Assembly: GCA_965208575.1 (NCBI GenBank)
Contig: CBDBOV010000006.1
Location: 896,001-960,000 of the forward strand
Direction of reading: 5' to 3'
DNA length: 64,000 nt
From: Spirochaetia bacterium
Lineage (GTDB): Bacteria; Spirochaetota; Spirochaetia; SZUA-6; Bin103
The notes beneath the pieces were generated by a model, which saw only the letters and a program-made list of their open reading frames with translations, was not told the DNA's origin and made no database searches. Position 1 is the first letter of the stretch. Each line of letters starts with the position of its first letter. Positions 17,430 through 27,423 of this stretch are shown piece after piece. A program made the translations under genes and the position numbers.

Positions 17430-19927
17430 CCCGGCTGCTGGTGTACGCGCTGGCGGTGGCGATGCCGCTGGTGCACCCGGCCGTCACGGTACCCTACGAC
17501 CGCGCCGGCTACCTGGTGTGGTTCGCACTGGTGCCGCTGGAGATGCTGCTGGCCTATTCGCTACGCCACGCCGCCACCGGCAGCACGCCGATTCTCCGCC
17601 GCGGCCGGCTGGCCCGCTTCGCCGCCCGCACGCGCGGCTGGCTGCGCCCGCCCCACCTGCTGGCCGCTGCCGGCCTCGCCGTGGTGGCGGCAATCGCGTT
17701 CGGCACCGGCTTCGACAGCGCAGCGCGGCTGGTGGCCGGCGCCGGCGCCGGCGCCTTCCTGCTCACCCTGCTGATCTTCGGCTCGCGCGAGTACGGCCAC
17801 ACCATCGCCGCCGCCGAGCTGTTCTTCATCGGCTACATCTACGTCAAGATGCTGCGCTTCTCGCGCGCGTCGGCGGAGATCTCGGGAGCCAGTTCGCTGC
17901 TCACCACGGTGATCCTGCTGGTCGCCATCGGCGGCTTCCTGCTGCACGGCATCGTGATCTACCAGGCCGCGTTCCCGAACCGGCGCCCGGGCACCGGGCG
18001 TGCCGAGGACCGCCGGCGCGGGCGCCGGGAGGTAACCCTGTTCGCGTCGGTCATCATCCCGCTGATCATCGTGCTCGCCATCATCCTGCCGCCCGACTTC
18101 GTCGAGCACCGCATCGCCTTCAACGAGCTCAACGAGCTGCCGCCGTCGCCGCCGGTGCCGGTCGACGACTTCAGCACCGCGCCGCCGGGCGGCAACCTGC
18201 GCGGCGACCAGCAGTTCGAGCCGCGCGACAACCAGGGCGGCGGCGGCCAGGGCGACCAGCAGCAGAACCAGCAGGACGGCGAAGGCGAGGGGGAAACCGG
18301 ACAGATGCCGGGCCTGGTGGGCATCCCGGCGCGCGAGTGGGACCAGCGCAGGCAGCCACAGCAACCGCAGCCGCAACCGCAACCCCAGCCGAGCCAGGGA
18401 CAGGGTCAGGGGGAGACCGATGGCAGCGGCGGCGGCAGCACCGGCGAGCAGGGCCAGTCGGGCGGCGGCTCCGGCCAGCCCAACGACCAGAACCAGGGCG
18501 AGACCGGCGAGGAGGGCGACGGCAACCAGGACAGCGGCGACGGTGAGGGCGAGAACCAGCAGCACGCGGTGATGATCATCGCCAGCGAGCACGATCCCGT
18601 GTACGCCGCCGACGGCTACTTCGGCCTGTTCGACGGCACCCTCGGGTTCTCGTACTCGCGCGACGAACCGCTCAACGAGCTGGTGTACCGCCGCCTGTTC
18701 GAGACCTGGGAGGATCCCGCACCGCCGCGCGAGCTGGGCCGCAGCCCGCTCGAGCACGGCTTCTTCTCCACCATCCCGGAGCGCGTCATGCCCTACCGCC
18801 CGCTGGCCGTGGAGCCCACCGTGCAGCAGCGCCGCTATCACCCGTTCGATCTTTCCTACCGGGTGCTCTCGCAGGTGAGCACCGCCGGCCCGCCCGGTTG
18901 GAACCAGGCGCGCCCGCTGTCCGACCGCGAGCGCGCGCGCATGAGCGACTTCCTGGAGGTGCCGCTGGACGCCGAGCAGCGGGCGCGCTTCCAGGTCTAC
19001 CTCGACGAGGCGGTGAGCGATGCCGGAACCGACTTCGAGAAGATCGACCAGCTTATGCGCAGCTACGCCGACTACCAGTACGAGATCGGCTTCACCGACG
19101 ACGTCTCGATCGCCCACGTCGACAACTTCCTGTTCGAGACCAAGGCCGGCGACTGCACCGAGTTTTCCAACACCTCGGCGATCCTGGGGCGCATGCTCGG
19201 CATTCCGACGCGGGTGGTGACCGGCTGGCTCGGTTCCGAGTCGCTGCAGACCCCGCAGCACGCGCGCGGCGCCGCCATTCTGCGCCAGGCGATCGAGCCG
19301 CTGCAGGAACACCCGGTGGAGGACCTCTACCTGATCACCACCGCGCACCGCCACTCCTGGACCCAGTTCTGGCTGCCCGACTTCGGCTGGATCGACTTCG
19401 AAACCACCACCCACGCCAAGACGCCGCCGCCGGGCCAGGACGCCAACTCGCTGGACATCGTGATTCCGATCATCGAGGTGGAAGAGGTTCCGGTGCCGCG
19501 CGATTTCGTGTTCCCGTGGCGCTTCGCCCTGACCGTCCTGGGCACTCTGGCCGCGGCCGGCATCGCCGGCGCCTACGGCCTGCGCTACGGGCGCGAGGGC
19601 TGGCTCACGATGCGTGCCCGGCACACCGACGCCGGCGGCCTGCGCGCCCTCGGCAAGCTGCTGTACATGCGCATGGCCAGCGCCGGCTGCGCGCTCAAGC
19701 CGCACGCCCACACCGTGCAGGAGTACGCCCGGCAGTATCCCCAGATTGGCCGCTTCGCCGCCCTCTACACCATGCTGCGCTACCGCGCCGCCTTCGACCC
19801 CGGCGAACGCACCAGCACCTGGCAGGAGCTGCGCACCCAATACCAGGCCGCCCTCAAGGAAGTGCGCCCAGGCGGCATCCTCCCCCTCCTGCGCCGCACT
19901 TTCAGCCTGCGCGCCCTCTACTACTGA
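17411..19927 (+). CDS. Membrane transglutaminase-like (TgpA-type) protein
   Basis: Multiple TM helices; GDCTEFS, GIPTRVVTG and HSW...GWIDFETT motifs; Q/G-rich linker. Confidence 0.9.
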   Translation: MHLLFLTRLLVYALAVAMPLVHPAVTVPYDRAGYLVWFALVPLEMLLAYSLRHAATGSTPILRRGRLARFAARTRGWLRPPHLLAAAGLAVVAAIAFGTGFDSAARLVAGAGAGAFLLTLLIFGSREYGHTIAAAELFFIGYIYVKMLRFSRASAEISGASSLLTTVILLVAIGGFLLHGIVIYQAAFPNRRPGTGRAEDRRRGRREVTLFASVIIPLIIVLAIILPPDFVEHRIAFNELNELPPSPPVPVDDFSTAPPGGNLRGDQQFEPRDNQGGGGQGDQQQNQQDGEGEGETGQMPGLVGIPAREWDQRRQPQQPQPQPQPQPSQGQGQGETDGSGGGSTGEQGQSGGGSGQPNDQNQGETGEEGDGNQDSGDGEGENQQHAVMIIASEHDPVYAADGYFGLFDGTLGFSYSRDEPLNELVYRRLFETWEDPAPPRELGRSPLEHGFFSTIPERVMPYRPLAVEPTVQQRRYHPFDLSYRVLSQVSTAGPPGWNQARPLSDRERARMSDFLEVPLDAEQRARFQVYLDEAVSDAGTDFEKIDQLMRSYADYQYEIGFTDDVSIAHVDNFLFETKAGDCTEFSNTSAILGRMLGIPTRVVTGWLGSESLQTPQHARGAAILRQAIEPLQEHPVEDLYLITTAHRHSWTQFWLPDFGWIDFETTTHAKTPPPGQDANSLDIVIPIIEVEEVPVPRDFVFPWRFALTVLGTLAAAGIAGAYGLRYGREGWLTMRARHTDAGGLRALGKLLYMRMASAGCALKPHAHTVQEYARQYPQIGRFAALYTMLRYRAAFDPGERTSTWQELRTQYQAALKEVRPGGILPLLRRTFSLRALYY

Positions 19928-19970
19928 CTCATGTTGACAGAGCGCTCCCGCAGAGCGCATAGTAGCCTCG

Positions 19971-20207
19971 ATGCGAAACGAGCGTTCCACCCGATTCTGT
20001 GGAAACGCCGATTGCTCCGGCGATGTGTTCTCCAAGTGGAAGATGATTGGGTATTCGATTCCGTTTTCCGGTTTGATTTTGATTCCACAAGTGGTCCAGG
20101 ACATTCGCACACTGAGAACTACAAACCTTGATCTCGAACTTGGTGCAGGCATCATCGTGTTGCTGATCGTTTGGTTCGCCAGCGTTGCTATGGTGGCTCA
20201 CGAATAG
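19971..20207 (+). CDS. Small hypothetical membrane protein or fragment
   Basis: Two hydrophobic stretches; lower GC than flanks. Confidence 0.3.
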   Translation: MRNERSTRFCGNADCSGDVFSKWKMIGYSIPFSGLILIPQVVQDIRTLRTTNLDLELGAGIIVLLIVWFASVAMVAHE

Positions 20208-20700
20208 ACGAACCACTTTTTGACGCTAGTTCTGTCCAGCTTGGGCGCCCCGGCGTTCCTGCTTGGCCTCATGAATCTGTTTTCCCGCTGATGAGCGAGA
20301 GAGGAGTGTCTTGGTGCGTACAATGACCGTATTTGTGACTCTCTTGTTTGTCGGAGTGACATTGCACTCTCAGGATGGCCTCGCTGGTCTCGATGGATTC
20401 GCTCCGACCGGACAATCGTACATGATTGACGACTATACCGCGTGGCACTATACCGCGTGGCACAGATTCCGTGTCTTCGCGACAGCGATCGCTAGACCAA
20501 GTCGACTCTCCGATCTTCGCGCTGCATACGAGATCCCGGGCAGCGAATACATCAACTCGCCCGAATTCGACGCAAACAGATTTGCGCGGGACCTGGCCAA
20601 CATGAATGCTGTGGTTGGAGAGTATGGTGAGAGCGGTGACATCTTCCTTCCGTTTACGCCGAGTGACTACAACAACTGTAGTGTACAGTGTTGGGCTAAA

Positions 20701-22677
20701 CCGAGGTTTGAGAGGCCGTTCTTGTAACTGTTTCCTATTACAGGAATTAGCGTGTTCATGGGTGTAAATCGTGTCCATGTAAATAGTCCTGTGGTTCAGC
20801 GTTAATTTTCTCTCATCTGGTTGACATGTAATTATTAAATGATCTACCATTCCCTCCGTAGGGTGCCCATGTACATCGACACCGTCCCCAACCGCAACTC
20901 TCCCCCGGCCGTCCTCCTCCGCGAGTCCTTCCGCCAGCACGGCAAGGTCAAAAAACGCACCATCGCCAACCTCTCCAAGTGGCCCGATCACCTCGTCGAG
21001 GGTTTGCGCGTCCTCCTCAACGGCGGTATCGCTCTGCGCTCTCCCAACGAACTGCTCTCCATCTTGCGCAGCTATCCCCACGGCCACGTCGCCGCCGTCC
21101 TCGGTTCCCTCCGCAAGCTCTCCCTCCATTCCCTCGTCGCTCGTCCCGCCTCCCGTGAACGCGACCTGGTCGTCGCCATGATCGTCGCTCGCGTCGTCGA
21201 CGCTCGCTCCAAACTCGCCACCGCTCGCGGCCTGAACCCCGAAAGCGCCGTCTCCTCCCTCGGCCACCTGCTGCAGTTGGGAGCCGTCGACGAGAATGAG
21301 CTGTATGCCGCCATGGATTGGCTGCTCGCTCGCCAGCACGGCATCGAGCAGCGCTTGGCCAAGCGCCATCTGCATGACAACACGCTCATGTTGTACGACC
21401 TGACTTCCAGTTACTTCCATGGCCACACCTGCCCGTTGGCGCGCCGTGGTCACAGCCGCGACGGCAAACGCGGCACCTTGCAGATCGTGTTCGGCCTGCT
21501 GTGTACCGCAGACGGCTGTCCCATCGCCGTCGAGGTATTCGAGGGCTCCACCAGTGACCCCAAGACGGTCGCCGCTCAGGTCGACAAGATTCGCAACCGT
21601 TTCGGCTTGCAGCGCGTCGTGCTGGTCGGCGACCGCGGCATGCTCACCGGCGCGCGCATCCGCGAGGACCTGCAGGGGATCGACGGCCTGCGCTGGATCA
21701 CGACCCTGCGGGCGCCCACCATCCGCAAGCTGATCGAGGCCGGCGAAGTGGCGCAGACCATGTTCGACGAGCGTGACCTGGCGGAGATCAGCTCACCCGA
21801 GTTCCCCGGCGAGCGGCTGATCGTGTGCCGCAACCCGATCCTGGCCGAGCAACGGCAGCGCAAGAGGCAGAAGTTGCTGGCCTCCACGGAGGAGGAACTG
21901 ACGCCGATCGTGACGGCCACGCAGCGCGCCAAAAAGCCGCTGCGCGGCGCCGCCGCGATCGGCCTGCGGGTGGGCAAGGTGATCAACCACTACAAGGTGG
22001 GCAAGCATTTCACCACCACCATCACCGACGACTCGTTCTCGTTCGTGCGTGACCTGGACAAGATCGCGGCCGAGGAAGAACTGGACGGGCTCTACATCGT
22101 GCGCTCCAACGTGGAGCCGGAGCTGTTCGACGCCGAGCAGACGGTGACGGCGTACAAGGATCTGGCCAAGGTGGAGCGCGCCTTCCGCAGCATGAAAACG
22201 GTGGATCTGAAGGTGCGACCGATCTATCACCGCAGTGCTGACCGGGTGCGGGCGCACGTGTTCCTGTGCATGCTGGCCTACTACGTGGAGTGGCACATGC
22301 GCAGCAAGCTGGCGCCGGTGCTGTTCGACGACCACGACCGCGCCGCCGGCGAGGCGCTGCGCGAGTCGGTGGTGCAACCGGCGGAACGCTCACCGGCCGC
22401 ACACCGGAAGGCGGCGAGCAAGCGTACCGACGACGGTCTGCCGGTGCACAGCTTTCGCAGCCTGATGAGCGAGTTGGGGACGCTGACGGCCAACCGCGTG
22501 CGGATAGTGGATAGCGGCGCCACGTTCACCATGCACAGCGAACCGACCGCGCTGCAGCAGCGCTGTTTCGATCTCCTGGAGGTCAGCGCCCAAGTGTAGC
22601 CAGTAACGGACATCGGCTGTTGAGCGCAATTTTCAGATCAATAACGAATTAACAAGATTCCCGCTCTGGAACTTCGG
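20701..22677 (+). mobile_element. IS1634-family insertion sequence with 6-bp TSD GCTAAA
   Basis: Imperfect TIRs (ccgaggtttgagag; right end ...ctctggaacttcgg); GCTAAA at 20695-20700 and 22678-22683. Confidence 0.9.
20869..22599 (+). CDS. IS1634-family DDE transposase
   Basis: VPNRNSPPAVLLRES, LYDLTSSY, GHSRDGK, VGDRGM, VERAFRSMK and VRAHVFLCMLAY motifs. Confidence 0.93.
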   Translation: MYIDTVPNRNSPPAVLLRESFRQHGKVKKRTIANLSKWPDHLVEGLRVLLNGGIALRSPNELLSILRSYPHGHVAAVLGSLRKLSLHSLVARPASRERDLVVAMIVARVVDARSKLATARGLNPESAVSSLGHLLQLGAVDENELYAAMDWLLARQHGIEQRLAKRHLHDNTLMLYDLTSSYFHGHTCPLARRGHSRDGKRGTLQIVFGLLCTADGCPIAVEVFEGSTSDPKTVAAQVDKIRNRFGLQRVVLVGDRGMLTGARIREDLQGIDGLRWITTLRAPTIRKLIEAGEVAQTMFDERDLAEISSPEFPGERLIVCRNPILAEQRQRKRQKLLASTEEELTPIVTATQRAKKPLRGAAAIGLRVGKVINHYKVGKHFTTTITDDSFSFVRDLDKIAAEEELDGLYIVRSNVEPELFDAEQTVTAYKDLAKVERAFRSMKTVDLKVRPIYHRSADRVRAHVFLCMLAYYVEWHMRSKLAPVLFDDHDRAAGEALRESVVQPAERSPAAHRKAASKRTDDGLPVHSFRSLMSELGTLTANRVRIVDSGATFTMHSEPTALQQRCFDLLEVSAQV

Positions 22678-22901
22678 GCTAAAGCGCTGCAAAAATTGCA
22701 GGAGTCTAGTTCCAACAACCCATGGTACGTACTGAGCTTCGATAGGGCCGGCGACTACGGGTCCGACGATCTGCGCGAGTTAATTGTCGATACAAACTCA
22801 TTCGTCCGTGACCCGTGACGGCGGACAAGCCCGCGCCAGCAGCTCCGCCGCTGACAGCGTTCTGGCGGCCCGCCTCCACTCTCCGAGCACCACGTCGCGG
22901 T

Positions 22902-23069
22902 TCACAGCACGGATACCGCGTCGCGCTCGACAGCCCGCTGGAACGGAAATCCCCTTTCCTTCCTGTGCTGCCACTCGTCGTGCGTGTAGGCGAAGATCGA
23001 CGGCGCGGCCCAGGATGTCGCGGCGAGGTCATAGCCGATGTCGCGGAGCGCATTACTACTGAGTCCCAG
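22902..23069 (-). pseudogene. C-terminal fragment resembling a minimal nucleotidyltransferase antitoxin
   Basis: RDIGYDLA...PSIFAYT.DEW..RK..GFPFQRAVERDAV; cut off at the 89-bp repeat. Confidence 0.45.
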
Positions 23070-23158
23070 TCGCCTGGTCCGAAGAAGCCGGCCCGCAGCC
23101 GATGCTTCGGCATCGGTATTCATCGTCTTCAATGTCACGGAGTGACCGTACAGCCTCA
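23070..23158. repeat. 89-bp junction repeat, copy 1 (after dppC3)
   Basis: Contains hairpins ccgatgc-ttcg-gcatcgg and gtcac-gga-gtgac. Confidence 0.9.
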
Positions 23159-23159
23159 G

Positions 23160-24110
23160 CTATACCGGCTTGGCGGCGTCGGCGCCGTAGCGGCCGAGGC
23201 GGCCGCGCAGCCGCGGGTCCAGCAGGTCGCGTACCGCGTCGCCGAACATGTTGAGGCTGTAGACGACCACGGTCAGGCACAGCCCCGGCCACAGCGCCAG
23301 GTGCGGCGCCATCTCCATGTACTGCCGCCCCTCGCGGCTCAGCATACCGCCCCAGCTCGGGATGTCCGGCGGCAGGCCGAAGCCCAGAAAGCTCAGCGCC
23401 GCCTCCGACATGATCACCCCGCCGACGTTGATGCTGAAGATGATGATGATCGGCGCCGCGATGTTGGGCAGCACGTGGCGCAGCAGCGAGCGCCGGCGCG
23501 AGCTGCCGATCGCCTGCGCGGCCTGGAAATAGGCGTTCTCCTTCACCCCCAGCACCGCGCCGCGCACCACCCGCGATGCCGGGATGCCGCCCGACACGCC
23601 CAGCACGATGATGATCTGCGGCAGGCCGCGGCCGGCTATCGACATGATGGTGAGCAGCAACAGCAGCCCCGGGAACGCCATCCAGGCGTCGACGAAGCGC
23701 TGCGTCACCAGGTCCAGACGACCGCCGATGAAGCCGGTGGTGCCGCCGATCAACACCGCCACCACGACGGTGAGGGCGGTGGCGGCCAGCCCCACCGACA
23801 GCGACAGCCGCGCCCCGTGGATGAGGCGGCTCAGCAGGTCACGCCCGACGTGGTCGGTGCCCAGCAGGTACGCGGCCGAGGGGGCCTGCAGGCGGTCGCG
23901 CAGGTGGATCTCCTCGAAGCGGTAGGGCGCCAGCGAATCGGCGAAGATGCTGACCAGCACCAGGAACAGGATGACGATGCCGCCGGCGGTGCCCAGCGGC
24001 TGTTCACGGAGCAGCCGGGCGAAGAAACGCCGCGCTCCCGCGTGCCCGGGCGCAGCCGCCCCGGTGGCCGGCTCGGCGCCGGCCGGAGTGATCTGTGATA
24101 CGTCACCCAC
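23160..24110 (-). CDS. ABC permease, DppC-like (cassette 3)
   Basis: GTDHVGRD and GDAVRDLLDPR motifs. Confidence 0.95.
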   Translation of the reverse strand: MGDVSQITPAGAEPATGAAAPGHAGARRFFARLLREQPLGTAGGIVILFLVLVSIFADSLAPYRFEEIHLRDRLQAPSAAYLLGTDHVGRDLLSRLIHGARLSLSVGLAATALTVVVAVLIGGTTGFIGGRLDLVTQRFVDAWMAFPGLLLLLTIMSIAGRGLPQIIIVLGVSGGIPASRVVRGAVLGVKENAYFQAAQAIGSSRRRSLLRHVLPNIAAPIIIIFSINVGGVIMSEAALSFLGFGLPPDIPSWGGMLSREGRQYMEMAPHLALWPGLCLTVVVYSLNMFGDAVRDLLDPRLRGRLGRYGADAAKPV

Positions 24111-24128
24111 GGGCTCTCCTCATTGCAT

Positions 24129-24217
24129 TCGCCTGGTCCGAAGAAGCCGGCCGGCAGCCGATGCTTCGGCATCGGTATTCATCGTCTTCAACGTCACGGA
24201 GTGACCGTACAGACTCA
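24129..24217. repeat. 89-bp junction repeat, copy 2 (between dppB3 and dppC3)
   Basis: Near-identical to copy 1. Confidence 0.9.
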
Positions 24218-25168
24218 TTCGTAGCGGATCCGCGGGTCCAGCGACGCGTACAGCAGGTCGGTCAGCAGGTTGACCGCCACCACCACCGTGGCGAAGAACA
24301 GGTTCACCGCCGACACCACCGGGTAGTCGCGCTCGTTGAGCGCGTCCAGCATCAGCCCTCCGAGCCCCGGCAGGTTGAAGATGTTCTCGATGATCACCGA
24401 GCCGCCCACCAGGATCGGTAGCTGCATGCCCACCAGCGTCACCACCGGGATGATGGCGTTCTTGACCGCGTGGCGCAAGATCACCGACCGCTCCAGCAGC
24501 CCCTTGGCCCAGGCCGTGCGAATGTAGTCCTGGCGCAGCACCTCCAGCATCATGGTGCGCGTCATGCGCATGGTGCTGGCCGCCAGGTAGGTGCCCAGGA
24601 TCAGGCTCGGGATCAGGAACATGCCGAGGTTGCCCAACGGGTCCTGGGCCAACGGGACCAGTTCCATCGGCGGCGACCACGCCCACCAGATGGCGGGATA
24701 AATCATCACCATCGTTCCCAGCCAGAAGTTGGGTGTTGCCAGCCCCATGATGGCGACCGACCGCCCCACGTAGTCGGCGGCGGTGTACTGGCGCACCGCC
24801 GAGTAGATGCCCACCGGCAGCGCGATGACCAGGCCGATGACGATGGCCAGCACGCCGAGTTCGACCGTGACGGGCAGTCGTCCCAGCATGCGCTCCTCGA
24901 TGCGCCAACCGCCCATCATTGATTCCCCGAGGGTGCCGCGGAGGATGCCACCGATCCAGCGGCCGTACTGCACGTGCACCGGCAGGTCCAATCCCAGCAT
25001 GCGCTCGACCGCTTCACGGTCAACTCCGCCCTCCCACCATTCCGCCCTGCCCGCCATGACATCTATGACGTCGCCGGGGATGAAGCGGACCGAGAGAAAG
25101 ACCAGGATGGTCAGTATGAACAGGGTGGGAATTGTCAGCAACAAGCGCCTGATGATATAGGCTTTCAT
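24215..25168 (-). CDS. ABC permease, DppB-like (cassette 3)
   Basis: MKAYIIRR...; conserved permease loop. Confidence 0.95.
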   Translation of the reverse strand: MKAYIIRRLLLTIPTLFILTILVFLSVRFIPGDVIDVMAGRAEWWEGGVDREAVERMLGLDLPVHVQYGRWIGGILRGTLGESMMGGWRIEERMLGRLPVTVELGVLAIVIGLVIALPVGIYSAVRQYTAADYVGRSVAIMGLATPNFWLGTMVMIYPAIWWAWSPPMELVPLAQDPLGNLGMFLIPSLILGTYLAASTMRMTRTMMLEVLRQDYIRTAWAKGLLERSVILRHAVKNAIIPVVTLVGMQLPILVGGSVIIENIFNLPGLGGLMLDALNERDYPVVSAVNLFFATVVVAVNLLTDLLYASLDPRIRYE

Positions 25169-25175
25169 GTGCTCA

Positions 25176-25258
25176 GGTCCGAAAAAGCCGGCCGGCGGCC
25201 GATGCTTCGGCATCGGTATTCATCGTCTTCCCTGTCACGGAGTGACCGTACAGACTCA
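25176..25258. repeat. Junction repeat, copy 3 (between SBP3 and dppB3)
   Basis: Near-identical core to copies 1 and 2. Confidence 0.9.
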
Positions 25259-25319
25259 ATGACATCGTGTGTCGGAGCTGGGCGGCTCGAGCCGCCCAGC
25301 TCACAAGGGATGAAACCCG

Positions 25320-27086
25320 CTAGAATCCCATTGCTTCCTTCAGGTCCTGGTCAATCCAGAGGCGGGCCTCGAGGGCATTGGAGATAAAGATTTCACCGTT
25401 CCAACCTTTCACCCACGCCCGAGCCAAATTGAAACTTGGCGTCTGCGGGCCCCATATCGAAAAATGATTCCGTATCAAATACATGTCCAGGTCTTTGGAG
25501 AACTTCTGCTGGTCCGCAACGGTGGTAGCGGCGACATAGCCATTATACGCTGCGTCCAACTCCGCGTCGGCTCCGGGGTTCCCGCCCATGATGTCCTCTC
25601 TGAAAGCAGTGTTATACCAGGACATCAAGTGGTCCACGGAGGTAACGGCCAACGTGCCGGTGCACATCTCATACGTCTTGTCTGTGAGACGGGCGACCAT
25701 GGTCGCCACGTCAACTACATCGATCTCCAGGTCGACGCCAATTTCATCCCAATATGCGGCAGTTACTTCTACATAGCCCAAATCAAAGATGTTACGGTGG
25801 CAATAGGTCAGCTTGAATCGAACACCGTCCGCGCCGCGCGGATAGCCAGCCGCATCAAGCAATGCTTCTGCCCCTTCCGGGTCATACCTGTAGGTCTTCT
25901 TGACCTCTTCGGGCCATTCTTCAAATGGCACGTAGAACCCTTTGACGTCGCCGACGAGCCCCATGGGTACCCACCTTGCAAAACCACCCAGGTAAGTGTC
26001 GTTGATTGTCTCCAGGTCCAGTGCCATCTGCATAGCCTGGCGTACTCTGAGGTCGTCAAGGGGCGGGTTGCGCCGGTTCATGGTCGGAGCGTTACTATTC
26101 GAGCCGAAAAAAGGTTCCACCTGCAGTTCGGAATTGGTCCGCTGCAGGCTCCGTATAGTATCGATACTCCGGATAGAGCCGGCGCCAAGTATGATGTCAA
26201 TCTTACCCGACCGAAGTGCGGCCAGGCGGGTTGCTTCTTCTGGCATATGCAGGGCCCGTAACTGGTCAATATAGGGCAGGCGGTTGTCCGGGTACTTTTC
26301 GTCGTAGCCCCAGTAGTTGGGATTCTTGGTAAAGGTGAAAGAGCTGGCCTCGACGTAGTCAGTCAGCATAAAGGGTCCGGTGCCGACCACATTCCTCCAA
26401 TCCTTCATGTCACCGTGTTGCCGGATCACCTCGGGGGGTAGAATGTAGGCGTTGGTTGAGATGAGGATAGCTCTCAGTGCATCCGGTCTTGTCCGTTCCA
26501 GCTTGACCACAACCGTCCAGTCGTCGGTGGCCGTTATCGATTCGATTGGCAGTTGGGATATTTCATAGGTAGTTACGGGCGGTCCCTCCTCGCTCAAACC
26601 GGTAATACGCAACAGGCTGAACTCGACATCCTTGGCAGTCAGCTCGCGACCGTTCACCGGCGGCTTGTCATGCCAGTGAACGCCTCGGCGGATGTTGAAG
26701 ATCATCGTCTTGTCATCGGGGGTCTCCCAGCTTTCCGCCAACTGCGGTCCCATGGAAAAAAGACCTCTGTACCACGTTTGAAAGTCCGCTTCGTCCCTAT
26801 CTATTGCCCAGTCCTCGACGGATAACCGCTCACTGACACCAGCGAGGAAGAAATGCACGCCGGTGCCATAAAAGGGATCAGAATGCTCACCGAATGAGAC
26901 GCTGGCCTTGGTCAGCGTTCCGCCATACTCGGGCGCGGTCACCGCTTTGCCGGTGGCGGGGTCGGTGACGTACTTCTTGTCGGCCGCGGCTGCCGGCGCC
27001 TCTTCTGCGGCGGCGGCCCACAGGCCGGTCGCGGTCAGGATGAGGACCGACGCGACCGCGAAGGTCCTTGAGAAAAGTAGCTTCAT
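25320..27086 (-). CDS. ABC transporter substrate-binding protein, family 5 (cassette 3)
   Basis: MKLLFSRTFAVA signal peptide; family motifs. The longer upstream ORF extension is shadow. Confidence 0.95.
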   Translation of the reverse strand: MKLLFSRTFAVASVLILTATGLWAAAAEEAPAAAADKKYVTDPATGKAVTAPEYGGTLTKASVSFGEHSDPFYGTGVHFFLAGVSERLSVEDWAIDRDEADFQTWYRGLFSMGPQLAESWETPDDKTMIFNIRRGVHWHDKPPVNGRELTAKDVEFSLLRITGLSEEGPPVTTYEISQLPIESITATDDWTVVVKLERTRPDALRAILISTNAYILPPEVIRQHGDMKDWRNVVGTGPFMLTDYVEASSFTFTKNPNYWGYDEKYPDNRLPYIDQLRALHMPEEATRLAALRSGKIDIILGAGSIRSIDTIRSLQRTNSELQVEPFFGSNSNAPTMNRRNPPLDDLRVRQAMQMALDLETINDTYLGGFARWVPMGLVGDVKGFYVPFEEWPEEVKKTYRYDPEGAEALLDAAGYPRGADGVRFKLTYCHRNIFDLGYVEVTAAYWDEIGVDLEIDVVDVATMVARLTDKTYEMCTGTLAVTSVDHLMSWYNTAFREDIMGGNPGADAELDAAYNGYVAATTVADQQKFSKDLDMYLIRNHFSIWGPQTPSFNLARAWVKGWNGEIFISNALEARLWIDQDLKEAMGF

Positions 27087-27280
27087 CGTTGCTTCCTTCA
27101 GAGTAGTCTTGAGAGCATTGCGGAGCGGATCGCCGCTCCCTGGCTCCTCTCGGGCGCGCAACGCGCGCCGCCAGGCAGAGTCAATCTGTGCAGCGCGCGG
27201 CGTGTGACTCAGCCGGGTTCCACCCGGGCTCACGCCGCGCGCGCGTAAGGTTCTTTGAGTATCATTTGGACCTCCTCTCC
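27087..27280 (-). promoter_or_regulatory. MILKEP leader (uORF 27230-27265, MILKEPYARAA)
   Basis: AGGAGGT, uORF and conserved hairpins. Confidence 0.8.
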
Positions 27281-27423
27281 TGGGGCACGGGGTCGCCCTG
27301 CGAGGTGCTGCTAATTCCACCATCAACAGTGTTGCACACGCCCGGCCACCCGTCAATGAAACGGGATCCCGGCCCGGCGGTTGGCGCTGATGCGGTGGTC
27401 TGGTATACGTTACGTTGGTCGAC

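Larger units (their letters stand above)
20311..22818 (+). pseudogene. Hypothetical secreted protein split by IS1634 (20311-20700 plus 22684-22818)
   Basis: Signal-like N-terminus; the frame continues across the TSD as ...VQCWAK|ALQKLQESS...FVRDP*. Confidence 0.7.

Noticed and set aside
17561-20155. Long antisense ORFs (also 33702-35324, 14221-15648 and others)
   Set aside because: These are typical high-GC shadow frames opposite well-supported genes.
23070-25258. CRISPR array or integron attC sites
   Set aside because: The repeats are 89 bp and separated by whole genes. No cas gene or integrase is present, and I saw no RYYYAAC/GTTRRRY ends.
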